Source: Eubacteriales bacterium
Lineage (GTDB): Bacteria > Bacillota > Clostridia > Christensenellales > CAG-138
Length of the DNA stretch: 64,000 nucleotides
Assembly: GCA_035446965.1 (NCBI GenBank)
Contig: DAOTGE010000005.1
Span: forward strand, 7,116 to 71,115
Direction of reading: 5' to 3'
This document shows, in pieces, positions 46,234 through 55,291 of this stretch. Within the stretch, counting starts at the first letter, position 1. Each line of letters opens with the position of its first letter. A program made the position numbers and the translations under genes. The notes beneath the pieces were generated by a model. The model saw only the letters and a list, made by a program, of their open reading frames with translations. It was not told where the DNA came from and ran no database searches.

Positions 46234-47115
46234 ATGTTCGGCTATATCAGGCCGCTGGAATGCGAATTGAAAGTGCGCGAGCAGGCGGAGTACCGCGCGC
46301 ATTACTGCGGCGTGTGCAAGGCCATCGGCAGACGGTACGGCCAGATCGAGCGGCTTGCGCTGAGCTATGAGTGCGCGTTCCTGGCGGCGTTCCTTACCGC
46401 GCTTTCCGGCGGCAGCGGGTATTCGCGCGGCAACTGCGGCCCGCGCTGCTACCGCGGCAAGAGGCCGATTGCCAATCCGTCGCCCGCGGTCGATTATGCC
46501 GCGGACATTAACGTGCTGCTCGCCTGGTATCAAAAGGCGGACGACGCGCTGGACGAAAAGCGTTTTTCCACCGTCATGTCGCGTGCGGCGCTCCGGCGTG
46601 CTTACCGCAAAGCGGCGCGCAGGCATCCCGGCTTAAACAAAGAACTCGGCGCGAGCATGGACCGCCTGCACGAAATCGAAAAAGGCAAAATTGCGTCCAC
46701 AGACGAACCGAGCGACGCGTTCGGGCAATTTCTTTCCGCCGTTGTGCTTCATGCGCCGAACCTGCCGGAAGCGGAACGGCAGGCCAGCGGCTGGATGTTT
46801 TACAACCTCGGCAAATGGGTCTATCTGGCCGACGCATGGGACGACCGCGAAAAGGACGAAAAGCGCGGCAGTTACAATCCGTTTCTGCTCAACGGCATGG
46901 CGGAGAGCGACGCGGAATTTTTGATGAATATTACACTAAGCGAAACGCAGAAGGCGTTTGACTTGCTTACGTTTTCGCAGCCGTACGGGCTGATTGAAAA
47001 CGTCGTGTGGCTGGGGCTGCGGAGCGTCCAGCGGCGCGTTTTGGGACAGGAATGCAAAGCCGGGGAATGCGGAAATGCGCAGCCGGCAAAGGAGAGAACA
47101 GATGAACCCCTATAA
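46234..47115 (+). CDS. DUF5685-like protein (function unknown)
   Basis: 293 aa. N-terminus [41 protein letters not shown]. Confidence 0.55.
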   Translation: MFGYIRPLECELKVREQAEYRAHYCGVCKAIGRRYGQIERLALSYECAFLAAFLTALSGGSGYSRGNCGPRCYRGKRPIANPSPAVDYAADINVLLAWYQKADDALDEKRFSTVMSRAALRRAYRKAARRHPGLNKELGASMDRLHEIEKGKIASTDEPSDAFGQFLSAVVLHAPNLPEAERQASGWMFYNLGKWVYLADAWDDREKDEKRGSYNPFLLNGMAESDAEFLMNITLSETQKAFDLLTFSQPYGLIENVVWLGLRSVQRRVLGQECKAGECGNAQPAKERTDEPL

Positions 47116-47740
47116 AGTTCTGGGTGTGAGCGAGAACGCCTCGCAGGAAGAAATCCGCAACGCTTATCTGGCGTTGGTCAAAAAATATCATCCGGATAAA
47201 TATACGGACAATCCGCTCAAGGAACTGGCCGGCGAAAAGCTCAAGGAAATCAACCAGGCCTACGAGATGCTCACGAAAAAGCAGTCTTCGGCGGGCAGCG
47301 GCGGTTCCTACGGGCCGGGGAGCGCATACGGCCAGAGCACACGCGGCTCCGGCAGTTATTCGAGGCCGGGCGGTTCGACCTACAGCGGGCCGAACGCCGC
47401 GGAGTTCAACCGGGCGCGCTCCTGGATCAATCAGAACAATCTAAACGCCGCGCGGACGATTCTGGACGGGCCGAATATTGTTCACAACGCCGAGTGGAAC
47501 TATCTTTACGGCGTGATCTATCTGCGCCAGGGGTGGTATGAGAAAGCGCATGCGTGCATCAAACGGGCATATGAGATGGAGCCGGACAATCCGGACTACC
47601 GCAACGCATACGTTTCGCTCAACAACTCCGGCAGGCCGTATGCCAACACCGGTACCAGCGGGATGGACGCTTCGCCCTGCTGCGACGTCTGCTCCGCGCT
47701 GATGTGCCTGAACTGCTGCTGCGGCGGGGACTGTTGCTAA
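47102..47740 (+). CDS. J-domain protein with a Gly/Ser linker, a TPR-like helical region and a C-terminal cysteine string
   Basis: Met37 of ORF 46994..47740. YKVLGV...KKYHPDKY (HPD). Last 20 aa are [20 protein letters not shown]. The start overlaps the DUF5685 gene by 14 nt. Confidence 0.85.
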   Translation: MNPYKVLGVSENASQEEIRNAYLALVKKYHPDKYTDNPLKELAGEKLKEINQAYEMLTKKQSSAGSGGSYGPGSAYGQSTRGSGSYSRPGGSTYSGPNAAEFNRARSWINQNNLNAARTILDGPNIVHNAEWNYLYGVIYLRQGWYEKAHACIKRAYEMEPDNPDYRNAYVSLNNSGRPYANTGTSGMDASPCCDVCSALMCLNCCCGGDCC

Positions 47741-47744
47741 GCCA

Positions 47745-47954
47745 TCGGAAACAACTGGTTTTCAATGGGTTAATCGTTCTCTGCCGCTCTTTCTCCGGAC
47801 TCGCGGACGGCAAGGAGCACAGAGGAACCGCCCGTTCCGGGCGATCCGTTACGCCGGATGAACCGGCGCAGCCGGAATCAACAGGTTAAGGGCTGCGGCC
47901 TTTAACAATCCCAAGAACTTTTTTGACAAGCTGAAGCGCCCTGAACGGGCGCTC
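47745..47954 (+). repeat. Copy C1 of the hairpin-dense repeat (5' part diverged) ending in hairpin AGCGCCCTGAACGGGCGCTC
   Basis: From ~47815 onward it is nearly identical to copies A, B and C2 (GAACCGCCCGTTCCGGGCGATCCGTTACGCCGGATGAACCGGCGCAGCCGGAATCAAC...). It begins 5 nt after the J-protein stop. Confidence 0.8.
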
Positions 47955-48171
47955 GAGACCGTCAAAAAACCCGTTTTTTGACGGGATAACCGCTCTTTGC
48001 CTCTCGCCCTTCCGGGCTTCCGGGCGGCAAAGAGCACAAAGAAACCGCCCGTTCCGGGCGATCCGTTACGCCGGATGAACCGGCGCAGCCGGAATCAACA
48101 GGTTAAGGGCCGCGGCCCTTAACAATCCCAAGAACTTTTTTGACAGGCTGAAGCGCCCTGAACGGGCGCTC
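47955..48171 (+). repeat. Copy C2 of the hairpin-dense repeat, in tandem with C1, ending in the same hairpin plus a T-run
   Basis: Full-length core GAGACCGTCAAAAAAC...GACAGGCTGAA. The hairpin AGCGCCCTGAACGGGCGCTC is repeated at 47934-47954 and 48151-48171, and the second copy is followed by TTTTTT. Confidence 0.85.
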
Positions 48172-48192
48172 TTTTTTATGTCGCTGTTCAAT

Positions 48193-48798
48193 TTATTTCT
48201 GTGTGGAGTCGACTATGATATCACAGCTTTGTTCGATGTTCAGCGCGGAAAAATATGCGTTTTCCAGTGGAATCCAGCGCGAACGGAACAATTCGAGCAT
48301 CCGTTCGCCGTTCCGCGCGCGGATGCGCTCCAGCTGGAGCGCAGGGGCGACGCGGTAAAAGATTTTCAAATCGTAATACGGCGTGAGCAGGGGATGCAGG
48401 CTGTATGCGCCCTCCACGATGGAAACGGCGCGCGGCGCGATTGTTTCGCGGGCGAGCAGCCGGTCGAGGTGGCAGTCGTATGGTTCGACATGCGCAGGCT
48501 TTCCCGCCGAAACCGGCAGGAGGATATCGCGCAGGAAGCGCTCCGCGTCCACGTTGCCGCCGGGCTGCGAAAGCCGTTCGGGCGTGCGCATGTGCGGCTG
48601 GAGAAAATAGTCGTCCATATGGAAAACATTTGCGTTCAGCAGCGCTCCGAGCTGGGCGGCCGCGGTGGTCTTGCCGGCGGAACTGTTCCCGTCGATGGCG
48701 ATGACAACGCGCAGCTTGCCGCGCAGCAATTCGGAAACGCGGGCGGCGATTTCGTCGTCCGCCTGATCGGTAAAGCGGTTTGGGCGTGTCGGCTGCAT
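48193..48798 (-). CDS. P-loop nucleoside/nucleotide kinase (uridine-kinase-like)
   Basis: 201 aa. Walker A IDGNSSAGKTT. AGGAGA SD. Confidence 0.6.
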   Translation of the reverse strand: MQPTRPNRFTDQADDEIAARVSELLRGKLRVVIAIDGNSSAGKTTAAAQLGALLNANVFHMDDYFLQPHMRTPERLSQPGGNVDAERFLRDILLPVSAGKPAHVEPYDCHLDRLLARETIAPRAVSIVEGAYSLHPLLTPYYDLKIFYRVAPALQLERIRARNGERMLELFRSRWIPLENAYFSALNIEQSCDIIVDSTQK

Positions 48799-48820
48799 GG
48801 GTTCTCCTGTCGAAAGTAAT

Positions 48821-49651
48821 TTAGTTGCTTTGTTCTATGGCCTGCAGAAACTTTGCGCAGGCGAGCAGGTCCGCCGACCCGCCGGGGCTGGCGCGCCACA
48901 TGCGGCATTGCTCGTCCAGCGCGCGGATTTCGTCCAGCATGTTTTCCCCGCCGGAAAGATAGCGGTTTGCAATCTGCCGCGCGCTTTTTTTCAGTTCGGA
49001 TGCAATCTCATCGCCGCAGCGGTCGAGCACGTTCGCATCGTCCGTGCGCTCGATCAGCCGCAGCAGCGCAATCAGCCATGCGTCCCATTCGCTCGCGTTG
49101 GCCGCAATCGCTTCGTGGTATGCCGGCAGGGCGACCGAAACAACGCCGGGATAACCCGCCTCCGCTTCGCCGCGTGCGCCGCGCGCGCCATAGCGCAGAA
49201 ACGCACGTCCCGCATGCGCGCCGAGCTCCTTTGAAACGCCCTCGCAGACCAGCGCCGCTTCCGCCGCGATTGGCAGAGGGCGCAGTTTTTCGTCGAGTTC
49301 GCTCCTGCGCCCGGCGGCGTAGCAGAGCACGCCGAGCAGGAAGATCGCGCCTTTATGCGTGTTGACACCGCCCGTTGCAAGCAGCATCGCTTTTTCCGCC
49401 TCAACGCCGTCCGCACGAATGGCGGAGAGCCGCCCGTTTGGCGGGAGCGCCGCATCCGAAACGCCGGCCTGCGCAAAGCGGCCCAGAAACGGGCGGATTG
49501 CTTCCGCGCCTTTGAGCAGCGTCGTAAGGTCCATATCGGTGTGCGCGCCGTTGTTTTCCGCGTCCACAAGGCCGGGTTTCGGCGTAAGGCGCGCTTCAAA
49601 CACCAGCGCTTCGTATGCGGTTTGTCCGATGAGTTCCGGGCTCCAGATCAT
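48821..49651 (-). CDS. citG: Triphosphoribosyl-dephospho-CoA synthase
   Basis: Met163 of ORF 48821..50137, after GGAGGAACACGTT. TPKPGLVD and GGVNTHKGAIF motifs. Confidence 0.85.
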   Translation of the reverse strand: MIWSPELIGQTAYEALVFEARLTPKPGLVDAENNGAHTDMDLTTLLKGAEAIRPFLGRFAQAGVSDAALPPNGRLSAIRADGVEAEKAMLLATGGVNTHKGAIFLLGVLCYAAGRRSELDEKLRPLPIAAEAALVCEGVSKELGAHAGRAFLRYGARGARGEAEAGYPGVVSVALPAYHEAIAANASEWDAWLIALLRLIERTDDANVLDRCGDEIASELKKSARQIANRYLSGGENMLDEIRALDEQCRMWRASPGGSADLLACAKFLQAIEQSN

Positions 49652-50610
49652 AACGTGTTCCTCCGGATGTAGTCGAGCGTCGTTTCCGGCACCATGGGGG
49701 CAATGTGATCGCAGTCGCCCGCGCGCCAGAGCGCGCGCACGCGGGAAGCGGAAATCGGCTGCCCGTCCAGTGTTTTCCGCGGGATGATGCAAACGCATAC
49801 GCCGCGGGGCTGCAAAACGGTCCGCAGCGCGTCGTTGTACCCGGCGGTCATGGGGTCGAGCGGTTCTTCGCCGACGAAGCGCGTTTTGACGCCGCAGTGC
49901 GGGGCGATCTGCTCGGCAAAGAGCGTCGCGTCCAGACGGGCGCCCGCCAGCGCCGCTTCTGTTTTGTCTTTGAAGAAATAATCCGGGAACGTCGCGCTGG
50001 AAATTACATAATCCCCGCCGGGAAAGACGGACACATTCGGCAGACCGGCGCAGCCTTTTTTTACCAGTTCGAGCCGCGCGTCCGCCGGGACGTGCGCCGC
50101 GTCCTTGGAAAGCACCAGCACCAGCAGACGATCGCATTGCTCTGCGGCGGTCCGCACGAGATAAAGATGCCCGTTGGTGAACGGGTCGGCATTCATGACG
50201 ATTGCGCCGTCGGCTTTCGGCAGGGCGGAAAGAAAGCGTTCCAGCCCGTCACGGCGGCTTTCGAGCAGCGCCGCATCGCGCGTGCGGACACGCTCATAAA
50301 AACAAAGCGACGCAAAGAGCGGCGCGTATTCCGGCTTGGTCACGACGAACACGTTGGTTTTGCCTTCGCCTTTGAGCTGCTTATACAGGTGTGTCACAAG
50401 CATGGGCAGAAGCCCCTCGCCGCGGGCGGTGCGTTCCACCGCGAGCGAACGGATGGCGTTTCCGGCAGTCCCGCCGAGCGCAAGCAGCGTTTCGCCGTCG
50501 AACACGCCGGAAAGGGAATCGACCGCCGCGTCGAGGCGGATGCCCGCGCGCTCGTAAAACGCGTCGATTACGGCGCGCTCACGGGTCAGCGAAAGACTGC
50601 GGATTTCCAT
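49648..50610 (-). CDS. citC: [Citrate (pro-3S)-lyase] ligase
   Basis: Met34 of ORF 49648..50709. N-terminal GNAT-like part and nucleotidyltransferase motif MNADPFTNGHLYLV. 4-nt overlap with citG. Confidence 0.85.
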   Translation of the reverse strand: MEIRSLSLTRERAVIDAFYERAGIRLDAAVDSLSGVFDGETLLALGGTAGNAIRSLAVERTARGEGLLPMLVTHLYKQLKGEGKTNVFVVTKPEYAPLFASLCFYERVRTRDAALLESRRDGLERFLSALPKADGAIVMNADPFTNGHLYLVRTAAEQCDRLLVLVLSKDAAHVPADARLELVKKGCAGLPNVSVFPGGDYVISSATFPDYFFKDKTEAALAGARLDATLFAEQIAPHCGVKTRFVGEEPLDPMTAGYNDALRTVLQPRGVCVCIIPRKTLDGQPISASRVRALWRAGDCDHIAPMVPETTLDYIRRNTL

Positions 50611-50627
50611 GGATCGATCCTCGCTCG

Positions 50628-51143
50628 TTAGTCGTCCGGGAGGGAGGCGGCAAGCTGTTTTGCCGCGTCGAGCACTTCGCCGATCGGGTGCAGCCGCCGG
50701 GAAGCGCATGCTTTTCCGGTTTTGCCGCAGACGATGCAGCCGCGCTCCGGCAGGCCGACGTCCCCGCGGGAAACGTGTTCGCCGGACTTTGCGATTACGT
50801 CCATGTCCCAGAGCCTGCCGTACGGCGCGGAACCTTCGAGCTTGCAGAGTTCCAGCTTTAGGAAGGACGGGTCGGTTTTGACCGCCAGATACGCTTCGTT
50901 CCCGGTCGGCAGTTCGCGGGCTTCAAATGCAAGCGGTACGAGTTCGTAACGCTGCACGAACCGGCCGAGCGCGTCGATGCCCGCGCGAAACAGCCGGTCG
51001 CTTTGCGGCGTTTGCTTGACCGGCCCCGGCCAGACGACGGTGAACACGACCAGGCATGCGCCGCGGTGGCGCGAAAGCAGTTCACGCTCATATGCCGCCC
51101 TGCGGTCGCGGGAGGCGAGCAGTTCTTCCAGTGTGATTTCCAT
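50628..51143 (-). CDS. citX: Apo-citrate lyase phosphoribosyl-dephospho-CoA transferase (holo-ACP synthase)
   Basis: Met78 of ORF 50628..51374 (MEITLEELLASRDRRAAYERELL). The residues upstream in the ORF are AT-rich nonsense. Confidence 0.8.
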   Translation of the reverse strand: MEITLEELLASRDRRAAYERELLSRHRGACLVVFTVVWPGPVKQTPQSDRLFRAGIDALGRFVQRYELVPLAFEARELPTGNEAYLAVKTDPSFLKLELCKLEGSAPYGRLWDMDVIAKSGEHVSRGDVGLPERGCIVCGKTGKACASRRLHPIGEVLDAAKQLAASLPDD

Positions 51144-51149
51144 ACCCGC

Positions 51150-51158
51150 ATTATAACA
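51150..51158 (-). promoter_or_regulatory. Extended -10 element abutting the citX start codon (leaderless candidate)
   Basis: Minus strand reads TGT-TATAAT, then a 6-nt gap (GCGGGT), then ATG 51143. No SD. Confidence 0.45.
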
Positions 51159-51361
51159 TACCGCCGTCCGTTTGTACGAAAGATGAATAAAACAATTGAA
51201 AAATACATATATATACGAAAGCGGGTTGTGACATGCAAAACGCTTCGGAATGGCCGATGAACGCACAGGAAATGCAAAAATCCTTGAATTGTGTGGTTGT
51301 ATACAGAAATACACGCATGCGTGAATGGGAATATATTCTGCATGAAATCGTCCGGTAAGCC

Positions 51362-51390
51362 TTGTAATATACAATATATACGGGTATGAT
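51362..51390 (+). promoter_or_regulatory. Candidate citDEF promoter
   Basis: TTGTAA (51362-51367), 17-nt spacer, TATGAT (51385-51390). Confidence 0.45.
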
Positions 51391-51427
51391 TATGCATAGA
51401 GAAGAACCCTGTTGGAGGTGCGTGCAT

Positions 51428-51721
51428 ATGCAGGTAAAGTTCGCGTCGGCCGGAACGATGGAGTCCGGCGATATCCTGATTGAAATTGAGCCGGGCGGGC
51501 AAAAGGAAGTTGAAGTCGTGCTCAAAAGTTCCGTTGCGAACGAATTCGGCAAACAGATTATCAAAACGATCCATGGTGCGGCGTCTGAATTCGGGCTGGA
51601 ATACGCCGTGATCAACGCCGTGGACAAGGGCGCGCTGGACTGTACGATCCGCGCGCGTGTGGCCGCCGCGTGCAGCCGCGCGACGGGCGCGGACACGTTC
51701 GAATGGAGGCGGGACGCATGA
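51428..51721 (+). CDS. citD: Citrate lyase acyl carrier protein (gamma subunit)
   Basis: Met15 of ORF 51386..51721, after GGAGGTG. SAGTMESGDILIE (prosthetic-group serine region). Confidence 0.88.
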   Translation: MQVKFASAGTMESGDILIEIEPGGQKEVEVVLKSSVANEFGKQIIKTIHGAASEFGLEYAVINAVDKGALDCTIRARVAAACSRATGADTFEWRRDA

Positions 51722-52611
51722 CGAGACTGCGCAGGACGATGCTGTTCGTGCCGGGCAACAACCCCGGCATGATGAGCGACGCGCATATCTATGGCAGTGA
51801 CGCGCTGATGTTCGATCTGGAAGATTCCGTGGCGATGGCGGAAAAGGACGCGGCGCGGCTGCTGGTGTATCATGCGCTCAAAACCATCCATTACGGGGAC
51901 TGCGAGAAGGTCGTGCGCGTCAACCCGCTGACTACGCCGTTCGGCAAAACCGATATCGAGGCGATGGTCGCCGCGGGGGTGGAAGTGATTCGCCTGCCGA
52001 AGACGGAATGCGCGCAGGACATCTGCGACACGGAGTATGAAATCGAGCTTGCGGAAAAGAAATTCGGCGTTCCGGTCGGCTCGACGCATATGATGGCCGC
52101 CATCGAAGGCGCGCTCGGCGTGGTCAACGCGTATGCGATTGCGACCGCAAGCAAACGGCTCATCGCCATTGCGCTCGGCGCGGAAGACTACTGCGCAAAT
52201 CTCAAGACGACGCGCTCCCTTGAAGGGAGCGAGCTGTTTTTTGCGCGTTCGGCCATTGTGGTCGCGGCGCGTGCGGCAGGCGTCGACGCGATCGACACCG
52301 TGTTTTCGGACGTGAACGACGAGGAGCAGCTGGTCAGGGAAACCAAGGCGGTCAAGCAGATCGGCTTCGACGGCAAGAGCGTGATCAATCCGCGGCAGAT
52401 CAAGCCCGTGCACCGTGTGTTCACGCCGACCACCGCGGAAATTCAAAAAGCGGTACGCATCCTGAACGCAAGCCGGGAAGCCGAAGCGCGCGGCAGCGGC
52501 GTCGTTTCGCTCAACGGGAAAATGGTCGACCGGCCGGTGGTGCTGCGCGCGGAACGCTGCATCGAGCTTGCAAAAGCTTCCCGCGTGATGTTTGAGGAGG
52601 AAGAGGCATGA
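51718..52611 (+). CDS. citE: Citrate lyase beta subunit (citryl-CoA lyase)
   Basis: MTRLRRTMLFVPGNNPGM...FDLEDSV. ATGA overlap with citD. Confidence 0.9.
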   Translation: MTRLRRTMLFVPGNNPGMMSDAHIYGSDALMFDLEDSVAMAEKDAARLLVYHALKTIHYGDCEKVVRVNPLTTPFGKTDIEAMVAAGVEVIRLPKTECAQDICDTEYEIELAEKKFGVPVGSTHMMAAIEGALGVVNAYAIATASKRLIAIALGAEDYCANLKTTRSLEGSELFFARSAIVVAARAAGVDAIDTVFSDVNDEEQLVRETKAVKQIGFDGKSVINPRQIKPVHRVFTPTTAEIQKAVRILNASREAEARGSGVVSLNGKMVDRPVVLRAERCIELAKASRVMFEEEEA

Positions 52612-54149
52612 ACAAAACGCAGGACTTTTTGGCGGAGATCACCGCTTTTGGCAAAAAGCCTTATGTGCCGGGCGAAAACCCGCGCCTGTACGAAAAAGAA
52701 ACCGCAACGCTCAAGGAACGCATGGCGCGCGAAAACAAGATTGTGGAAAGCCTGGAAAAAGCGATCGAGCTGGTCGGGTTGCAGGACGGCATGACGATCT
52801 CGTTCCACCATCATTTCCGCAACGGAGACCATATTGTCAATATGGTGATGGACACGCTTGCCCGGATGGGATTTAAAGACCTTCGCATCGCGGCTTCCAG
52901 CCTTGCGGCGGTGCATGCGCCGTTGATCGGGCACATCAAAAACGGCGTTGTGACGCATATTGAAACGTCCGGCTGCCGCGGAGAGCTGGCTGAGGCGGTT
53001 TCGCGCGGGCTGATGGACGACCCGATGGTGTTCCGCTCGCACGGCGGACGCGCGGCGGCCATCGCCGAGGGTGAAATTCATATCGACGTTGCGTTCCTCG
53101 GCGCTTCGAGCTGCGATCCGTTCGGCAATGCAAACGGGTACTCGCGTGAAAGCGAAGGCAAGTCCATGTGCGGCTCGCTTGGGTATGCCCGCGTGGACGC
53201 GCAGTATGCCGACAATGTGATCGTGCTCACGGACAACATCGTAAGTTACCCGAACGTGCCGTTTGGGATTTCCCAGCGGCTTGTGGACTATGTCGTGCGC
53301 GTGGACGAGGTTGGCGACGCGGCCAAGATCATGACCGGCGCAACGCGGTTCACCACCAACCCGCACGACCTGATGATTGCCGAAACAACGGCGGACATCA
53401 TCGTCCATTCCGGATATTTCTATAACGGATTTTCACTGCAGACCGGCTCCGGCGGCGCGTCGCTGGCGGTCACGCGGTTTCTGCGCGAGGCGATGATTGA
53501 AAAGGACGTGAAGGCGCGCTTTGCGCTCGGCGGCATTACGGGTGCGATGGTCAAGCTGCACGAAGAGGGTCTGATCCGCCGGCTGCTGGACGTGCAGTCG
53601 TTCGATCTGGATGCGGCGCAGTCGCTCAAAAACAACCGCTTCCACCAGCAGATCGACGCGAACTATTACGCCAATCCCTATCGCAGGGGCGCGGCGGTGA
53701 ACCAACTGGACGTCGTCGTGCTTTCCGCGCTGGAGGTGGACACCGGCTTCAACGTGAACGTGCTGACCGGATCGGACGGGGTCATTCGCGGCGCGGTCGG
53801 CGGCCATCCGGACACGGCGGCGGGCGCGGCGCTCTCCATCGTCGTGTGTCCGCTGATGCGCGGGCGCATGCCCTGCGTGCGCGAACACGTCAACACCGTC
53901 GTAACCCCCGGCGAGACGGTGGACGTGCTTGTGACCGACCAGGGGATTGCGGTCAACCCGCGGCGAGCGGACGTTAAGGAGCGGCTGGAACGCGCGCATT
54001 TCAAGCTCACGCCGATCGAAGAGCTGGCGCGCCGCGCCGAACGAATCACCGGAAAGCCGGAGCCGCTGCCGTACGGCAAAAAGATCGTTGGGCTTTGCAC
54101 CTATCGCGACGGCAGCGTGATCGACGTAATTCGTGAAATCAAAGACTGA
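52608..54149 (+). CDS. citF: Citrate lyase alpha subunit (citrate CoA-transferase)
   Basis: 513 aa. ISFHHHFRNGD and GGHPDTAAGA regions. ATGA overlap with citE. Confidence 0.9.
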   Translation: MNKTQDFLAEITAFGKKPYVPGENPRLYEKETATLKERMARENKIVESLEKAIELVGLQDGMTISFHHHFRNGDHIVNMVMDTLARMGFKDLRIAASSLAAVHAPLIGHIKNGVVTHIETSGCRGELAEAVSRGLMDDPMVFRSHGGRAAAIAEGEIHIDVAFLGASSCDPFGNANGYSRESEGKSMCGSLGYARVDAQYADNVIVLTDNIVSYPNVPFGISQRLVDYVVRVDEVGDAAKIMTGATRFTTNPHDLMIAETTADIIVHSGYFYNGFSLQTGSGGASLAVTRFLREAMIEKDVKARFALGGITGAMVKLHEEGLIRRLLDVQSFDLDAAQSLKNNRFHQQIDANYYANPYRRGAAVNQLDVVVLSALEVDTGFNVNVLTGSDGVIRGAVGGHPDTAAGAALSIVVCPLMRGRMPCVREHVNTVVTPGETVDVLVTDQGIAVNPRRADVKERLERAHFKLTPIEELARRAERITGKPEPLPYGKKIVGLCTYRDGSVIDVIREIKD

Positions 54150-54340
54150 CAAGCCGGAAATAAAGCAAGCGGGAACTCCCTTCGTCAGAAGGGAGTTCCC
54201 GCTTGTTGAGGATTATTTAAGCGTTTTTATTTTTAAATCGACCAAAGTTGCCGAACAAAACTTGATTTTATCGGAAAGGAAAGTTCTTTTACTTCTTTTC
54301 TTTTTAGAAAAGAAAGGATAATTATTGAAGAAAAAAAGGG

Positions 54341-55291
54341 TTATCCCGGTTCTTTCAGATTATTCCGCATCCGCACCCAGCGTACCGCGCCGTCGACGGG
54401 CGGCCGGCTGTTGAGGCTGATTTCAAAAATGTCGCCTTCCCGGCGGGTGAGTTCGTATTTAATCATGTGCAGGTAGCTCTGCACGGCGGCGGCCGTCATG
54501 ATCGAGCCGGACAGCGCGACGCGTACCGGCGGCTTGAGCGAAAGCGTCTGTATCGCCGCCAGAATGCAGTTGGCGGCGTGGGCGGCCGCACGCGCGGCGT
54601 ACCGGAGGGCGACGGCGTCGCTTGTTTCGACCGCTGTAAAGAAAATTTCGATGATGGAGCGCGCCGCGTCCAAATTTTGAATACGGGCGGCGGAGGCGAG
54701 AAACTCCTGCGGTGAGTGCAGGTCGAACAGGGTGTAGTATGCATCTGTGAGAGAGGTGGCCCTTTTGCCGAAAAAAATCTGCTGGTAAATGGAACGGTAA
54801 ACGAACGCAACAATATCGTAGCCGCCGCCCGTGTCGCCGGAAAGGAGACCGAGTCCGCCGTACTGAACATGCTGTCCGCTTTGGTTCATGCCGGCGCAGG
54901 TAACGCCGGAACCGGCGGAGTAGCATACGCCGACTCCGTCTTCAACGCCCGCCATAACGCCGAGATAGCCGTCGTTGCAGATAAAGCACTTTTTCAGCCC
55001 GTGCGCATACAGGCTTGCGGCCAGCGCGGCGCCCTGCTCATCGTAATCCACACCGGCCAGACCGAGCACAGCATCCGAAACGTCGGCAATCGAACAGCCG
55101 CGTGCGCGCAGCATCGCCTCGCAGTTGTCCAAAAGAAGCGCCGCCGCCGCGTCGAACCCACCGGGCATATTTTCGTGATTCGATCCGCCGCCTCTGTGCG
55201 CGGCGATGACCTCGCCCGCGGCGTTGAGCAGGCGGTATTCAGTTTTGGAATTGCCTCCGTCGACGGCAAGATAGCATCTTTTCTCTTCCAT
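54341..55291 (-). CDS. BadF/BadG/BcrA/BcrD-type ATPase (N-acetylglucosamine-kinase-like)
   Basis: YLAVDGGNSKTEY and LGLAGVD motifs. 316 aa. Confidence 0.7.
   Translation of the reverse strand: MEEKRCYLAVDGGNSKTEYRLLNAAGEVIAAHRGGGSNHENMPGGFDAAAALLLDNCEAMLRARGCSIADVSDAVLGLAGVDYDEQGAALAASLYAHGLKKCFICNDGYLGVMAGVEDGVGVCYSAGSGVTCAGMNQSGQHVQYGGLGLLSGDTGGGYDIVAFVYRSIYQQIFFGKRATSLTDAYYTLFDLHSPQEFLASAARIQNLDAARSIIEIFFTAVETSDAVALRYAARAAAHAANCILAAIQTLSLKPPVRVALSGSIMTAAAVQSYLHMIKYELTRREGDIFEISLNSRPPVDGAVRWVRMRNNLKEPG

Noticed and set aside
47745-48171. The tandem repeat was checked as a possible CRISPR array or satellite.
   Set aside because: There are only two ~200-bp units with no unique spacers between them. 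The units are far longer than CRISPR repeats, and no cas genes are present in the window.
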